This document shows positions 26,697 through 39,529 of a stretch of DNA of 64,000 nt, in pieces. Every line of letters begins with the position of its first letter. The stretch's first letter is position 1. The translations under genes and the position numbers were made by a program. The stretch lies in assembly GCA_025201805.1 (NCBI GenBank), contig MU619245.1:254697-318696 (forward strand), read 5' to 3'. The stretch comes from Parasitella parasitica NRRL 2501 (Eukaryota > Fungi > Mucoromycota). The notes under the pieces were generated by a model. It was not told the DNA's origin. It searched no databases and worked only from the letters and a program-made list of their open reading frames with translations.

Positions 26697-28373
26697 ATGA
26701 AGATACAATGTCTCGATCACAAGGGGTCGATTCCAAATACATTTCTTTGCAAAATTAACCAACATACTATCTTGATAAATTGTCCAATTGAAACATTAAC
26801 AATACCACAACCACAGCAACCACAGTCAGAGGACAGCCATGACGAGCAGGAGGGATGTAGCAATGGCTTGGGATCTATCTTGTCAGCATTTAGTGCACAA
26901 GGAAAACGCACAGCTGATACACAATACTCATCTCTCTACACGAACCTCAAGAATTGCGATCATCCTAGTGTTTTTCGAGTTCCTGACTTCAGTTTGATTG
27001 ATATGGACTCTATCGATTTAGTCTTGATCGCCAATAGTGAATCCATGCTGGGATTGCCATTCTTGACGGAATATCTTGGCTACAAGGGTCGTATCATAGC
27101 AACTGAGCCTACAATCGAATACGGCAAGCAACGCATGGAGGAATTGGTGCTTTATCATGGACATGGCAGCACATCTCGCATTGAGCCAGCTTTAGCGACA
27201 CATTTCTCTCAATTAGGGGATTTGGCTCTACCGTCAGAGGGGTGGAGATCTATCTACAACCTAAAAGATGTCACCTCTTGTGCGGAAAAGGTACAACCTG
27301 TACGCTATACCGAAACACTATCCTTATTTTCTACATTGAATTTGGTAGCATATAGTTCAGGATACTCATTAGGAAGTGCAAATTGGCTGTTGGAAACAAG
27401 CTTTAAAAGAATTGCATTTCTATCCTGTTCATCACTTTATCCAAATCTACATCCAGCACCTTTTGATGCAGATATTCTAAAAGACGCAGACGTGGTGGTG
27501 GTTGGAGATCTTCGCCAGCAATCAGAGCGAGAACTGCCATATGAAAGGGCCAAATCCAAGCTATTTGTTCATCTAGGTAATATTGCTTCATATTGTCTGT
27601 GCGTGAATTCTAACTGTCAATGCATAGCACGGACTAATCAATCTCTGCATAACTCGATTATTGTCGCACCGCCTATGGGGATTATGTTTGACTTGATAGG
27701 AGACATTGAGGAATATTTTAAATCACTGGGGAAAGAGATTGGTCATGAGCGACACCAAACACCCATTTATGTAGCCAATCCAATTGCAGATCAAAGTCTG
27801 AAATACGCCAATATTTGTGGAGAATGGATGAATTCAGGACGCCATGATCTGCTATATGTCCCACAAATGCCTTTGGCTCATGGAGAATTAATGAATACGG
27901 GAGCAGTAGAAACTGTTGTTTCCTTGGAAGCATCTGTCTTATCGGAAACATCCATTCGCGAACCATGTATAGTATTTACAGGAGATTCGACTTGTATCAC
28001 CAAAGGACCATTAATGTGGTTTCTGAATCATTGGGGACAATCTGAGCTTAACACATGCATATTTATTGATCCAAACTCGCCTCAAGATATTCAAAATGAT
28101 ATTCCACCTGATTGCAAAATGAATTTCTTACGATTACCGTTGGATACTCGTCTCAGATCAGATGAGATTTCTTCTCTTTTGCATACACATTGGCAGCATA
28201 CAGACAACCATACTCGCCATTTATTAATCCCTGCTATCCAGGGAGCTGAATTGATAAAAGAGGAACAGCCTCAGGGAATTCAAGTTCACGTATACGATCA
28301 AGGAGTGGTTCGCATTAATGTGAATAGAGACTGGGAAAGAGTCTCGCTGAGCGAAAAGGTAAGATGGCCTCCT

Positions 28374-28407
<34 letters not shown>

Positions 28408-28906
28408 TTGCTATAGACCTCCTTATCTTTGTGTATTCATCCATAGTTGGCAAAAACAATTGATCCTACTATGGTGCCTAATAGCAATGGAACCCATTTT
28501 TCTGCTTGGGCTCCTATAAACGGTTCATTGAACTACTACAATAATCGACTGGAAATACATCCTAGTGTCAATGTTAAAGACAGCCAGTCATTAGTATTAG
28601 GCCATAAAAGCGAACTACGCATTCATACCGAATTAAATGCGATAATTAAACGATTTGAAGAGGTAAGAATGTGTATTACCTTGGAAGAAGAAGAAAAAAA
28701 AAAGGGGGACTCACTAACAGAAAAAATAGCATGCTATACCCATCAGTATTGCCAAAGATATCAATGGCATAACTACGATTGAATTACCTTCTGATATGAA
28801 TGCAAAAATCATCATGAATGGATCATCCACAACCGTGATTGCAAGTGATCACAAAGTAAGAAATTTGCTAAGACGCATCACAGTGACAGATTCGCGGGAG
28901 CTGTAA
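26697..28906 (+). CDS. INTS9: Integrator complex subunit 9-like (inactive MBL/beta-CASP protein); about 4 exons
   Basis: IDLVLIANSESMLGLPFLTEYLGYKGRIIATEPTIEYGKQRMEELV, YSSGYSLGSANW, ADQSLKYANICGEWM, EPCIVFTG, LPLDTRL match INTS9 rather than CPSF100. No HxHxDH motif. Confidence 0.87.
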
Positions 28907-29059
28907 AGAGTTTCTATTTCACTTGATCATGGCATTTCAACAATAAAGCAAACCCCATCAAATATGGTATTATGGCGAGATTTACTTTTGTTTATATTGC
29001 TACATTCTCCCTCTTTTTCTCTTTTTTTTTCCTTCCTTTTTCTTATTTTTTCTGTCTTG

Positions 29060-31210
29060 ATGATACAATCTACACCCATCCGTACACAATCATTGAAAAA
29101 TAGAATTGCAATTGACAATCAACACCCAACCGCCGCTAGAAATGCGGACAGATTGCCTGTCATGAAAGATGTAGGGATGTGCACCTCCCCAAGAGACTAC
29201 CAGTCGACATTGGAACATTTAAAGTCCAAATTTACTGCAAAATCAACAGTTACAGATATTGACATGACAACAACCTTATCAATAGTTGATTCAATGCCTT
29301 GGAAGGATTTTGTTTCGCCACTTTCTGACCATCAACAGAAGATATTACCTTTGAGTGCCCCGGCTTCGAAAGATTACAGTAACATGCTGAATGAGTTGGC
29401 TGTGTCGCATGCTGTCATGGCAACATCAACTTTCAAGCCATTGGATATTATGCAAGCAGAAAAATTGGCACAGGTAGATTTTCAATTACGCATACGGTCG
29501 TAACTATATATTCTTAACTGCGAGCGCATAAATTAGAAATTCCAGACTACGCAGCAGTTGATAGATTGCTTATACGGTCGAATTCGAATTCAAACAGATA
29601 CGCAACGAGCAACAGCTACTGCATTCAAGTTGGATCAATCTTCCGTGGCAGATTTCATACAAGATGTGTTTCAGACTAGTCAGCAGACAGCATCACTAAT
29701 AGATGAATTCTATTTCACTACTCAATCGGCGCATCGCATGGAAATCAGCTATTTGCAGCACTTGGCGGGTACATTGGCTCTAGCTGTACAACAACAAAGC
29801 CCACCACAAGAAGATATGCATCGAATACTAGCTAAAATCCTTGTAAAATTGGAAGCTACGTTTAATCAGCACAACGACAATGCGGAACTGCCGCATGCTT
29901 CAGCACCATCATCTACATCATCATCGTCTTCTGCGACGTCGTCGTCGTCGTCTTCCTCATCATCATCCTCGTCGAGGTTTACGCAAGCAAAAAGCATCGA
30001 CACAACCCCAAGCTCCGTGTATATAACCGCAACAGCAAGTACAGCCTCCAGCATACTATGCGATAAAATTGATTGTATTATTGAGAACATATCTCTTCAG
30101 TTCAAACAAAAGCAAGAATCACTGCGCGCAATGGAAATCCAAGCAAACATGCACGAAGAACTTGCGCGACAGCGAGAGAGAAGTGCGAATCTTGTGTTGG
30201 AACTAGAACGAAATAGATCCAAAAGACAAGGGATAGCTAAAAAGCAAGAAAAAGATACAATAATGCTACGCCATCAGCTGAAGCAGGAAACGCTACGTCG
30301 GCAATCACTGCAGGAGCGTGTGTTGTCTTTAGAACATGCACTCAAATCAAAAGAGGCAGAATTAACTAGGTTAAGGAAGCAACTATGTGTTATTAAAGAA
30401 GAGGAAAATCATGATTCGTGTCAACTACAGATTAAGCAGTTGCAGCAAGAGCTACTAGACAAGGAGATGCTAAAAGAGGAGAGCAATAAAAAGGAGCATC
30501 TATCGTTGCAACTGACACTAAATACAGCTAAACAAGACAATGCCCATCTGCGGCAGACATTAAAAGATTATTGTGAAAAAGAACATGCGTGGATGCATCA
30601 GGAAAAGAGCATTCTGGATCAGTGCCAAAAGGCATTGGATGTAGAGTTTACAAACAGCGAGAATGCAGTTACTTCACTGGTGGACCATCTAATACCTCAA
30701 CTCCAAGCGCATAATGCAACACAGGATCCCAAAGATCAGAGTCATCTGCAGCAGCAAATGGCTCAATTACAGCAGCAATTTGATCGTGCTAAACAGACAT
30801 TTACAACAAGAGAATCAGCGTTTATATTACAGTCAGCAAGCACAGAAGCTGAACTAGAACGCCTTTTAAAAGAATACGATCGCTTGACACGAAATATTGT
30901 AGACTTTGCCAACGAACGGAAGAAACTTGAAGACGAGATAGATATGTTGCATCAAGATAAGCAGCTTTTAGAAAAGCGCGTTTGTGATGACAGGATCTCC
31001 ACTATCGAGGAAAGCAGTTTAAGAAGAGAGTTCCGTAATTTGATGGCATCGGTCAAAGACAAACATACTGAAGTCATGATGCAAGAATTACAAAAGCAAA
31101 GACAGCTGGAGCAAGAATTACGTGACATAAAATCAGACATTGAAATGAAGCGATGGGAGAAAGTAGATGTTGCTGTACAGACACATTATTTTGACATTAC
31201 TGCCGCCTAA
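29060..31210 (+). CDS. Long coiled-coil protein with an Uds1 (up-regulated during septation)-like N-terminal region; 2 exons
   Basis: ELAVSHAVMATSTFKPLDIMQAEKLAQ| followed by heptad-rich segments, plus EAELERLLKEYDRLTRN and LRREFRNLM. Confidence 0.65.
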
Positions 31211-31643
31211 ATAAAAAATAGTAAAATATTCGAATATCAAGATCTTCTGTCCGCTCTTATAATTTTATGCAAATGTACCCATCACATCGGTTTCTTTTTA
31301 ATGTCCCTGTGCATTCCTACCGACATGGGGGCTAGCCCACATCGAAGATTGGAACATACTAGAAGAGGAACACATTAGAGTTATGGCATCTCCTCAGCAG
31401 ACTATTTTTAAAGACTCGCTTCATGAGTGTTTTTTGTATGCTCGCTCAATATAACTATAGAGAAGGGAGGAATCCCACTGATGTCAGAACGCACGTTATT
31501 TTTCCAATCAGTTGACTGTGGACAGTTAAACAACCTCCTGCAACATGACAAAATCGACCAGTCGAGGTTCGAATTCTGAGCAATATTAGGCATTTGCACA
31601 TCGGATCAAACAACAGAAAATAAAAGAGTACATGATTGTATAT

Positions 31644-31771
31644 CTTATCCCATTGAGTAAATGATAAGATGATAAGATTCCGTGAACGATTGGTTAGGTA
31701 GGATCATTTTATCAGCTCAAGTGTGGGAACAATACAGATCATTTGATACATGGTGATTGGTAGAGATTATC
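31644..31771 (+). promoter_or_regulatory. Cluster of GATA sites and reverse CCAAT boxes upstream of the GATA factor gene
   Basis: CTTATC at 31644, GATAAG at 31663 and 31671, TTATC at 31709 and about 31767. ATTGG at 31689 and 31756. Confidence 0.4.
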
Positions 31772-31913
31772 AACATGTCCATAAATAGACAAAATGTAAC
31801 GGCAAAGCTGAATCTACCCCTCTTTCTATACTTTTTGAAAAATATAGTATTTAACAGCTATATTTCTCCCGCCTCTTTTTTCTTTTTGTTTCCAACTATA
31901 AATTTTAGCAGCA

Positions 31914-33047
31914 ATGGTTTATACTACTTTCCAAGACCAACAAATGAAAGCTCGTAAAAGATCATTAACTCGCTGCGTCGAATGTCAATCGTCCTTCAGA
32001 CCTCATCTTTGGGGACGTGAAAGCGGCAAAGGCCCTGTATGCGATCACTGCTCCAACGGTGGCGAGGACTACAGTCAACAAGTGAAATCACCCTGTGCGG
32101 AAAAGGAAATTTTGATGGACATTGCCAACGGTAAACATGACGAAAATATTATTTGTGCAAATTGCCAGGCAACAACAACGCCTCTTTGGCGAAGAGATGC
32201 TACCGGCAAAACAATCTGCAACGCATGTGGTCTTTATTACAAGCTGCATCATGTCCACAGACCCGCTACTATGATGCGAACTGTCATTAAGAGAAGAAAA
32301 CGTTGCCCTTCATCCGACAAGCAACAACATCCTCAGCAAAAGCATCAAAAATTAGATGATAGCCGGAAGCCTTCTACATCGCCCACATTCAAGCACAGCT
32401 ACAGCTCATCACCACCAGTAACCTTAAAACAACAACTCCCTCCTCCTCCTCCTCCTCCTTCTGCTCTTGTACGGAAGATGAGCTTTGACGAAATCTGTAG
32501 CACTGGTGGCGGCAATGGAAGTGCTAGCCCTGATTCAATTGTGTACGCCGAAGACAGCAGCTCCAAGGTGATGGCTTGGCCCCAGCACGACCATAAATTG
32601 GAAGAGAACAGCCGCTTCACACTACCTCCTATCCATACATATTATAAACAGCCATCATATTGCACGCACCATGATTCATTACATTCTCAACGTCAAGAAC
32701 TTCAAAGAGAAGTAACTCGCTTATCGCAGCTCTTATCAACCACGGTCGCAAAGCTATCCGTGATCGACTCGGCTATTGCAAATCCACAACAACAACATCA
32801 TCACCTTCATCATCACAAATGTACTTGCTCGTCTTCCCCTGCTACTTGCACCGCTCCCGCTGCCTCTCCTTCCCTTCCTTCGCTACCGTCTTCTTCGTCA
32901 AGTGTATGCAGCAATTCATCCGAATCAGATTATGACCCAAATTTATTGCAAGAACAACAAGTAGCAAGATCGCTATTGTCGCTGGCCTCAACGGATACAA
33001 GCGCTGTTGGAACTCGTCTCCCTCCTATTTCCTTGGTCAATCACTGA
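31914..33047 (+). CDS. GATA zinc-finger transcription factor, SreA/Fep1-like second finger; single exon
   Basis: [50 protein letters not shown], a degenerate N-terminal Cx2Cx18Cx2C, and a C-terminal coiled coil RQELQREVTRLSQLL. Confidence 0.88.
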   Translation: MVYTTFQDQQMKARKRSLTRCVECQSSFRPHLWGRESGKGPVCDHCSNGGEDYSQQVKSPCAEKEILMDIANGKHDENIICANCQATTTPLWRRDATGKTICNACGLYYKLHHVHRPATMMRTVIKRRKRCPSSDKQQHPQQKHQKLDDSRKPSTSPTFKHSYSSSPPVTLKQQLPPPPPPPSALVRKMSFDEICSTGGGNGSASPDSIVYAEDSSSKVMAWPQHDHKLEENSRFTLPPIHTYYKQPSYCTHHDSLHSQRQELQREVTRLSQLLSTTVAKLSVIDSAIANPQQQHHHLHHHKCTCSSSPATCTAPAASPSLPSLPSSSSSVCSNSSESDYDPNLLQEQQVARSLLSLASTDTSAVGTRLPPISLVNH

Positions 33048-33788
33048 AATTCTTTATACCCCTCTTGTTTAACATTGCCGTAATCTATATATCACCTCTT
33101 GAACCAATTTTGTACATTTTTTTATTTTTATTTTTATTTTCTACTATATGAGACATTTATAATATGCCCCATGCCCTTACTCTATCTTTGCTATGGTCTG
33201 TTCCTTTTTAATAATTAGTTAATCAATTAATCAATAAATCTCTATCGTAACTCACACAGATAACACAAACATTCTCTTATCTTGCCTTTTCACATGAATC
33301 AAAAATGCTTTATTTGTGTGCGTATCAATTAATCAAAAACATGACCTATTTGGGAAATCATTTCAATAAAAGGACAAGAAATATAGATAAAAGAGTATAT
33401 TGTTAATTTTAGATAAAAAAAATACCACGCTAAAAGAAATTATACCACTGTGTAAAAAGTGTGGATAAATATATAATAGAAAAATAGCATGCGTGGGACA
33501 AGCAAAACTCTCTTTTCCATATTTCCCAAACCTTAAAATCGTAGCAATGCACGGCAATGATTAGCACCTGCTTGATGTGCAAGCAGATAGTAACATTTTG
33601 GGAATGCCCAAACTTATCACGACTAGAATAGGTATGAAGTCTGAAACCATTGATTTAAGAGTGCTCGGGACAAAGTGTAATTTTGATTCAATAAAATTTA
33701 GAGGCTCATTTACAAAAAGGATGTGCACTTGCACGTTTTAATTTTATTTCACTCTAATGAATTATTTATAATATTTATATATTTTTGG

Positions 33789-35758
33789 TTACTTTTTCTC
33801 TTCATAAGCCTGTTCGTGCACCTTTTGAGCACGACCAGAGGGGTCAGAAGGACAGCCCCAGTCAGCACGAGGAATCCATCTCACGACAGAATCAGTGCAA
33901 GCAGATTGAGGAAACCATTGCTCAAACATGACACGATACATGTAAGCTTCCTTGGTGTCGGGTGTATCCTTGGTCCATCTTGAGCTAGCCTGTGCTAATT
34001 CATCAGAAGAAACCTTGTTCTCACTTACAGCCTTCAAGCTGTCAATCCAACTATAACCAACACCGTCAGAGAATTGTTCCTTCTGTCTCCACAAAATGTT
34101 TTCAGGCAAGTAAGGTTTAGCATTAGGATCATCAGAGGTATCAAACGCCTTGCGAATAATGTACTTTTCCATGCGGCCATCAGCCTTATTGTGACGCTTC
34201 TCCTCAGGAGCAATATTCATAGCAACTTCCAAAAACTCCTTGTCCAAGAAGGGAACGCGAGCTTCCAAGCCCCAAGCCATGGTAGACTTGTTTGCACGAA
34301 GACAGTCAGCAGTGTGCAAGTTCTTGACACGGTTAACACACTCGGTATGGAACGAAGCAGCATCAGGCGCTTCATGGAAGTAGAGGTAGCCGCCAAAGAC
34401 TTCATCGGAGCCTTCGCCAGACAAAACCATCTTGACACCCATAGCCTTGATCTTACGAGACAAAAGATACATTGGGGTAGAGGCACGAATAGTTGTAACA
34501 TCATAGGTTTCCAGGTGATAAATCACATCACTTACAGCGTCCAAAGCTTCTTGGATAGTAAAAGTGTATTCGTGATGGATAGTCTTGAGATACTTGGCAA
34601 CCTCTCTTGCAGCAAGCAAATCGGGGGAGCCAGGAAGACCAACAGAGAAAGAGTGAACACCAGGCCAACACTTGGGACCACCTAGAAAGAAAAGCATCTT
34701 TTTAAGTATATCAAATCGGCCACCCGCCCGAAAACAAATTTTACTTACTCTCATCAAAGTTATCGTCGTCGTTATCGCCATTGCCTTGGGCAATCTTTTC
34801 AGCTTCACGAGCTGCAATAGCTGCAATCAAACTTGAGTCAAGACCACCACTTAACAAGACGCCGTAGGGAACTTCAGCCATCAATCTCTTGCGAACAGCC
34901 TTCTCGAGAGATTCTCTCAAAAGCTTATAATCAACAGGGCTGGAAGGGATCTTGTCGCCATCCCACCACGTAGGGTTGAACCAACGAGTAGTTTCTTGAG
35001 TCTCGGAATCATAAACATGGCCGGGAGGGAAAGCCAAGATCTTGTCACAATCTTCATTAAGACACTTGAGTTCAGAAGAAAAGTAAACAGTCTCTGGCAT
35101 CTTGGAGTTCCAGCCATAATAGAGAGTGGTAATACCAATAGCATCACGGGCCGCAATAACACGGTTACGCTTGACATCCAAGAGAACAAAAGAAAACATA
35201 CCGTCCAAATGATTGACGAGATCAGTGCCCATTTCATCGTACTATACATTATCATTCAAATAGTGAGTTATTTGGTCTGAATTTTAGTAATTTCACACCT
35301 GTACCATATGCATGATGACTTCACAATCAGAGCTGGTTTGGAAGTGATGGGGGTTCTTTAATTTGTTGCGCAGATGCTTATGGTTGTAGATTTCACCATT
35401 AACACAGAGGATAAGGTTACCGTCTTCACTGACAAGTGGTTGAGCACCGGAATCTAAGACATTTTACCATGTTTTAGTTTTTTCCTTCACTAATGTGTTC
35501 CTTCATCATTGAAAACTTACCAACGCCAACGATGGCTAAACGCTCATGGCACATGATGTTGTTCTTTGCAACATGGCAACCAGACCAATCAGGGCCACGA
35601 TGTCTAATCCTAGAGTTTGACATTTTGTGTAAGCAGCTCGTCATCTTCGCATGCATCAAAACGAAACCCACAACTTACTTTCTGGAAAGATAAAGAGCAC
35701 GTTGACGATAGGCGTCAGCATCACCTTGATAGTTACAAACAGCAAAAATACCACACAT
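33789..35758 (-). CDS. ASN1: Asparagine synthetase (glutamine-hydrolysing), multi-exon
   Basis: [66 protein letters not shown]. Confidence 0.97.
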
Positions 35759-36114
35759 TTTATTAGACAAATAAAAGGAAGCGGAAGAAAACGAAAGAAA
35801 GAAAAGAAAAAAAGGAAACTTTGGCTTTATATTGTGGTTGGATAGTTCAGTGTACACCGGTGTTCCAATAAAGAAGACTCAAATGTACAGTATTGTATGG
35901 TTTTAGGAACCTTTGCTCCGTAGCATATTTTTACAGATCAGATAGGCTTGAGGCTTGTCTCACACAATCTCTCGAAGTCCCAAGCTAAAAAAGGTACAAG
36001 GTCATGCAAAGAGATCAAAGAAAGGCGATTGATTCATTGTTGATGGTACCAAGTGTCAAAAACAACGTCGTTGCTTAGAAACGGAAATGCGGGAATGTGT
36101 ATGGTTTGCCCAAC

Positions 36115-36123
36115 ATGACTCAC
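36115..36123. promoter_or_regulatory. Gcn4/CpcA-type AP-1 site ATGACTCAC upstream of ASN1
   Basis: TGACTCA about 360 bp upstream of the ASN start. ASN genes are established Gcn4/CpcA targets in ascomycetes. Confidence 0.4.
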
Positions 36124-37741
36124 GAATGGGTGACTGTCTCAAGCTGATGTAGTAGATCTCATAACAAGCTCTCCCTTGTCAATGTGATGAATGTTGGCAT
36201 AGGAAAGATGTGTGTTGCTCCTCCTGTATACACAGCAGCCATTTCATTAGATACCATAGTCGACCATATTTCATACAACTCGAGTTCGCATCGGACATGT
36301 GTCTTCTGTGTATGGAAGATGAAGGAAGGAGATCTCCGCTTTGTGAAATCTTATCTCGATAAATGATTTATCAATTGAGCATTTACATTCGAAGCAATTC
36401 AAATGTACGAGTAATATAAAATTCAAGGGACAAAGTGTCTGAAATATCTCACAGTGTTCAATACCTACCATCATGTGGATAGTAGCTGAACGCTTATCAG
36501 TTAGAGTTGGGCTGACAAAAAAAATAAAAAAATAAAGGTAGCTTCAGAGGAAACTGATTATTCCAAGTTCGTTTGAAGGCATTTCCTGCGAACTCGCCAA
36601 GGTAACGCCGTAATTTTACATGGTATTGGTTTTAGAAGATGGGAGACATGAGCCATTTAGTGTTTAGACTTTTGCCTCGCAATATGGGAAAAATCAGGTA
36701 ATTTAACATAGCGATCAGCTGAATGCCCTGTTTGTGGGCTTCGCTATGCAATTTTGAAGTCTTTACTTTACTCAGTATTATGCAGGCCTTCGCTCAAGGT
36801 AGAATACAGCCTGTGTTGAGGGATCAAAGTGTCCGTTTTGTAAACACGAATATCAGTTGTAGCACATGTACCGAAATTAGGATACTTTTTCTAGTGATTA
36901 AAGATTCAACATGAAACCTTGCCGGGGACTAGACTAAAATATACTTTTTTTTCACTTACAGTCTTTTTATGATGTCTGAAAAAAAAAGTTCCAGCAAATG
37001 ATGATAATTGTGATAATATATATTAAGGTTTCTGGTAACAAAGCTGTTATTTCTGATAAAAGCTGAGACGGTTTCTGAGAGAGGAGAAATATCTCCCTAA
37101 GAATATTTCAATTAGGGACTAAAAGTATTAAAAACAATCACGCTTTTAGACTAAAAATGCCCAAGAGAACATTTTGTAATGATATGCGAAATTGCGACGC
37201 CTTAAATATTTTATTTTTGGTCAAACAGCCATTGTGCAGGAGCAATAGGTATTTTCATATGAATGACTATTTGGGTTTTTTATCATCCCATTTTTCAATA
37301 CGATGAAAATCATTTATTAACACTATCGACATGTACTTTAAAGCCTAAAACTGAACAACCACCAAGGGGCCACAATACAAAATTGTTTGAATTCCATGAT
37401 GTTTGAATGTTGATAGATTATTTCAGATATATCTGTTAGATAATAGAAATCTAGATAACCTCAAATATTTAGACGAGTCTATAGAACTTCAAAGGTATTT
37501 AAACTAAATTGCACATACTAGTAAGGCATAAAGTTGTACGGAACCGTCAAATTATGCATTTACACAATGCCAATTTTTTCCTGAACCAAAGTTAAAGCCA
37601 ATCATTTTGATTTGTTTTCTCTTTCGATTATATGTCTTTTCATAGCATATTCAAGCAATATGACAATCTCTATAATTATAACCTCACATTATTTTACATC
37701 TTTCAAGCTAATTCACCATATCCAAAATCAAGCAAAAAATA

Positions 37742-37800
37742 TACAGTCGGGACTCGTTATAACGGACGGGTTGGTGCACAAAAATATGCTTGGTATAGCG
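37742..37800 (+). mobile_element. Solo pogo/Tigger-like terminal fragment
   Basis: TA|CAGTCGGGACTCGTTATAACG followed by AAAATATGCTTGGTATAGCG resembles pogo-type TIR ends. No partner end seen. Confidence 0.4.
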
Positions 37801-39529
37801 ATTAATCCCCTATTCAAAATTCAATACTCTTCAGTACAGTGCCTGGAACCTGGAATATATCCAAAGCTTATTATAATGCTTAACTTTTGTCAGTAAAAGT
37901 GCCCTCAACCTCAATCCTAACCTCTATTTTACTTTCTATTTTACATGTTTAGCATTAGAATTACAAAAGAAAAAGGAACTTTTGAACTGACATTAAACAT
38001 TATTAACAATGGTATAAGGGCTTCTCTGTCACTAGCAATTAACAACTTATGAAGTATTTATAAATAACAAGGGGCTATTTCAGCAAATTATTCAATAATT
38101 ATCCTCTTCTGTTTCCAACTCGATGAGCCACTCCAGTCTCATCATACTGCTATGATGAAAGATATACTTGTAGCATCAAAATACTTACTTTATAGAGCTG
38201 TATCATGTACTAGAATTGATATTGACGTGATATCATCTCCAGATAGATATTTTTTACCGCTAAAATGCAAGAACTTTAGCTTTGTATGCCATTTTATGAT
38301 TGATTTTCATAAACAAAAGTGCCCTGAAAACACCAAAAATAGTATGCATTGGGAAAAACCCATATTATATATGATTTTGGTGCAATTTGAGCATGATTTT
38401 TTTTTCAGTGCAAAATGACGGATTTTTTCGTTTTTTTCCTTGTCTCCACACATCCAAAATCATTGATTATGCATTATCCTCAATTTTGACCCCAAAGATG
38501 CAACTTTTTATTATAGCATATATTGGAGGAAAATGACCGTAAAAGACCATTCCTTGATCTGAAAGACTAAAAACGCGCTCTGGTTAAGCAAAATATTGAC
38601 TTTTCCCTCTTGATCTGTTTTGAGGTTTTCTCAACATAAATTCTTCCATAAGCATGCTAGGATTATGAAATGATACCATCGTGTAGAGCGTCCAAAAATA
38701 CAGCTATTATCATAGAATGACAGCGGTGGTATGCATAGTGCCAGAAGATGATATCTTGCCTCAAAAGAGTAATTTTGATTTTCTTAATGTCCAAATGTAG
38801 TTTCTGGAAGAATTTTTCCTTCCTGATTTTGGACGCGTTTAATCTCCGCTACCAAAGAAAAATAGTGTTCTTTTAAAGAAACATTAGCTTTGAGAAGCCA
38901 TAGCTTGACCAATTCAAGAGAAAAACAATTTTAAACTAGTTTATTTAAATAGTGTGCTTCTTGGCTTTCTAATGGAAGAACTTGCATGTCCCTACCTGAC
39001 CTGACGATCTCACGCTCCGATTTTGAAAAATACTTTGCCGAAAAAGTCAGAAAGTCATCTGATGTCAACCTAAAAAGTACAAAAACTTGTTCTAAGCTAT
39101 GCAAATAAGTAATCAAAAGGTGCTTTACATTACTTTTTTTTTTCGTGTTTGAGATTGCTAAACATTGTTTTCTTACAGTTTTTGTTTTTTTTTCTGATAA
39201 TTACACTCTGAAGTTCGCATCGACCAAAAAAAAAAAAAAAAAATCAGACGCCTAAAATCTACGCTGGCTTTACAAAGACACACGCTTTTGAGCCATTCCA
39301 ATATTATAGAAAAGATGGCACAGATTTGACTAGCTGTTCTACTGTGCAACTGGATATAGAGAATCCTGCTTGGTACTTGTCTGGCAAGATCTTCTACACT
39401 AGAAAACGCCAGATCAGCTGAAGGCTTAAGACAGTGCCACCATGCTAACGCACCCATTCATAATAAATAAGGCTAATTTCAAACCTTCCTCTGCGTTCCT
39501 GAATCTAATTGCAGGTTTTTGATCCAAAA

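Noticed and set aside
27577-27627. Frame-preserving stop-free introns (INTS9, also SUV3 at about 50134-50184 and ASN1 at about 34683-34748)
   Set aside because: Expected by chance among many short introns. No evidence of regulated retention.
31560-31580. GGTTCGAATTC B-box/T-loop-like motif (also reverse at about 13823 and GTTCGAGTC at about 11042)
   Set aside because: No A-box or cloverleaf can be folded around them, so they are not tRNA genes.
34074-34685. 203-aa antisense ORF in ASN1, and similar shadow ORFs in GMD, MCCB, HECT and areA
   Set aside because: These are shadow frames of highly biased or low-complexity coding sequence.
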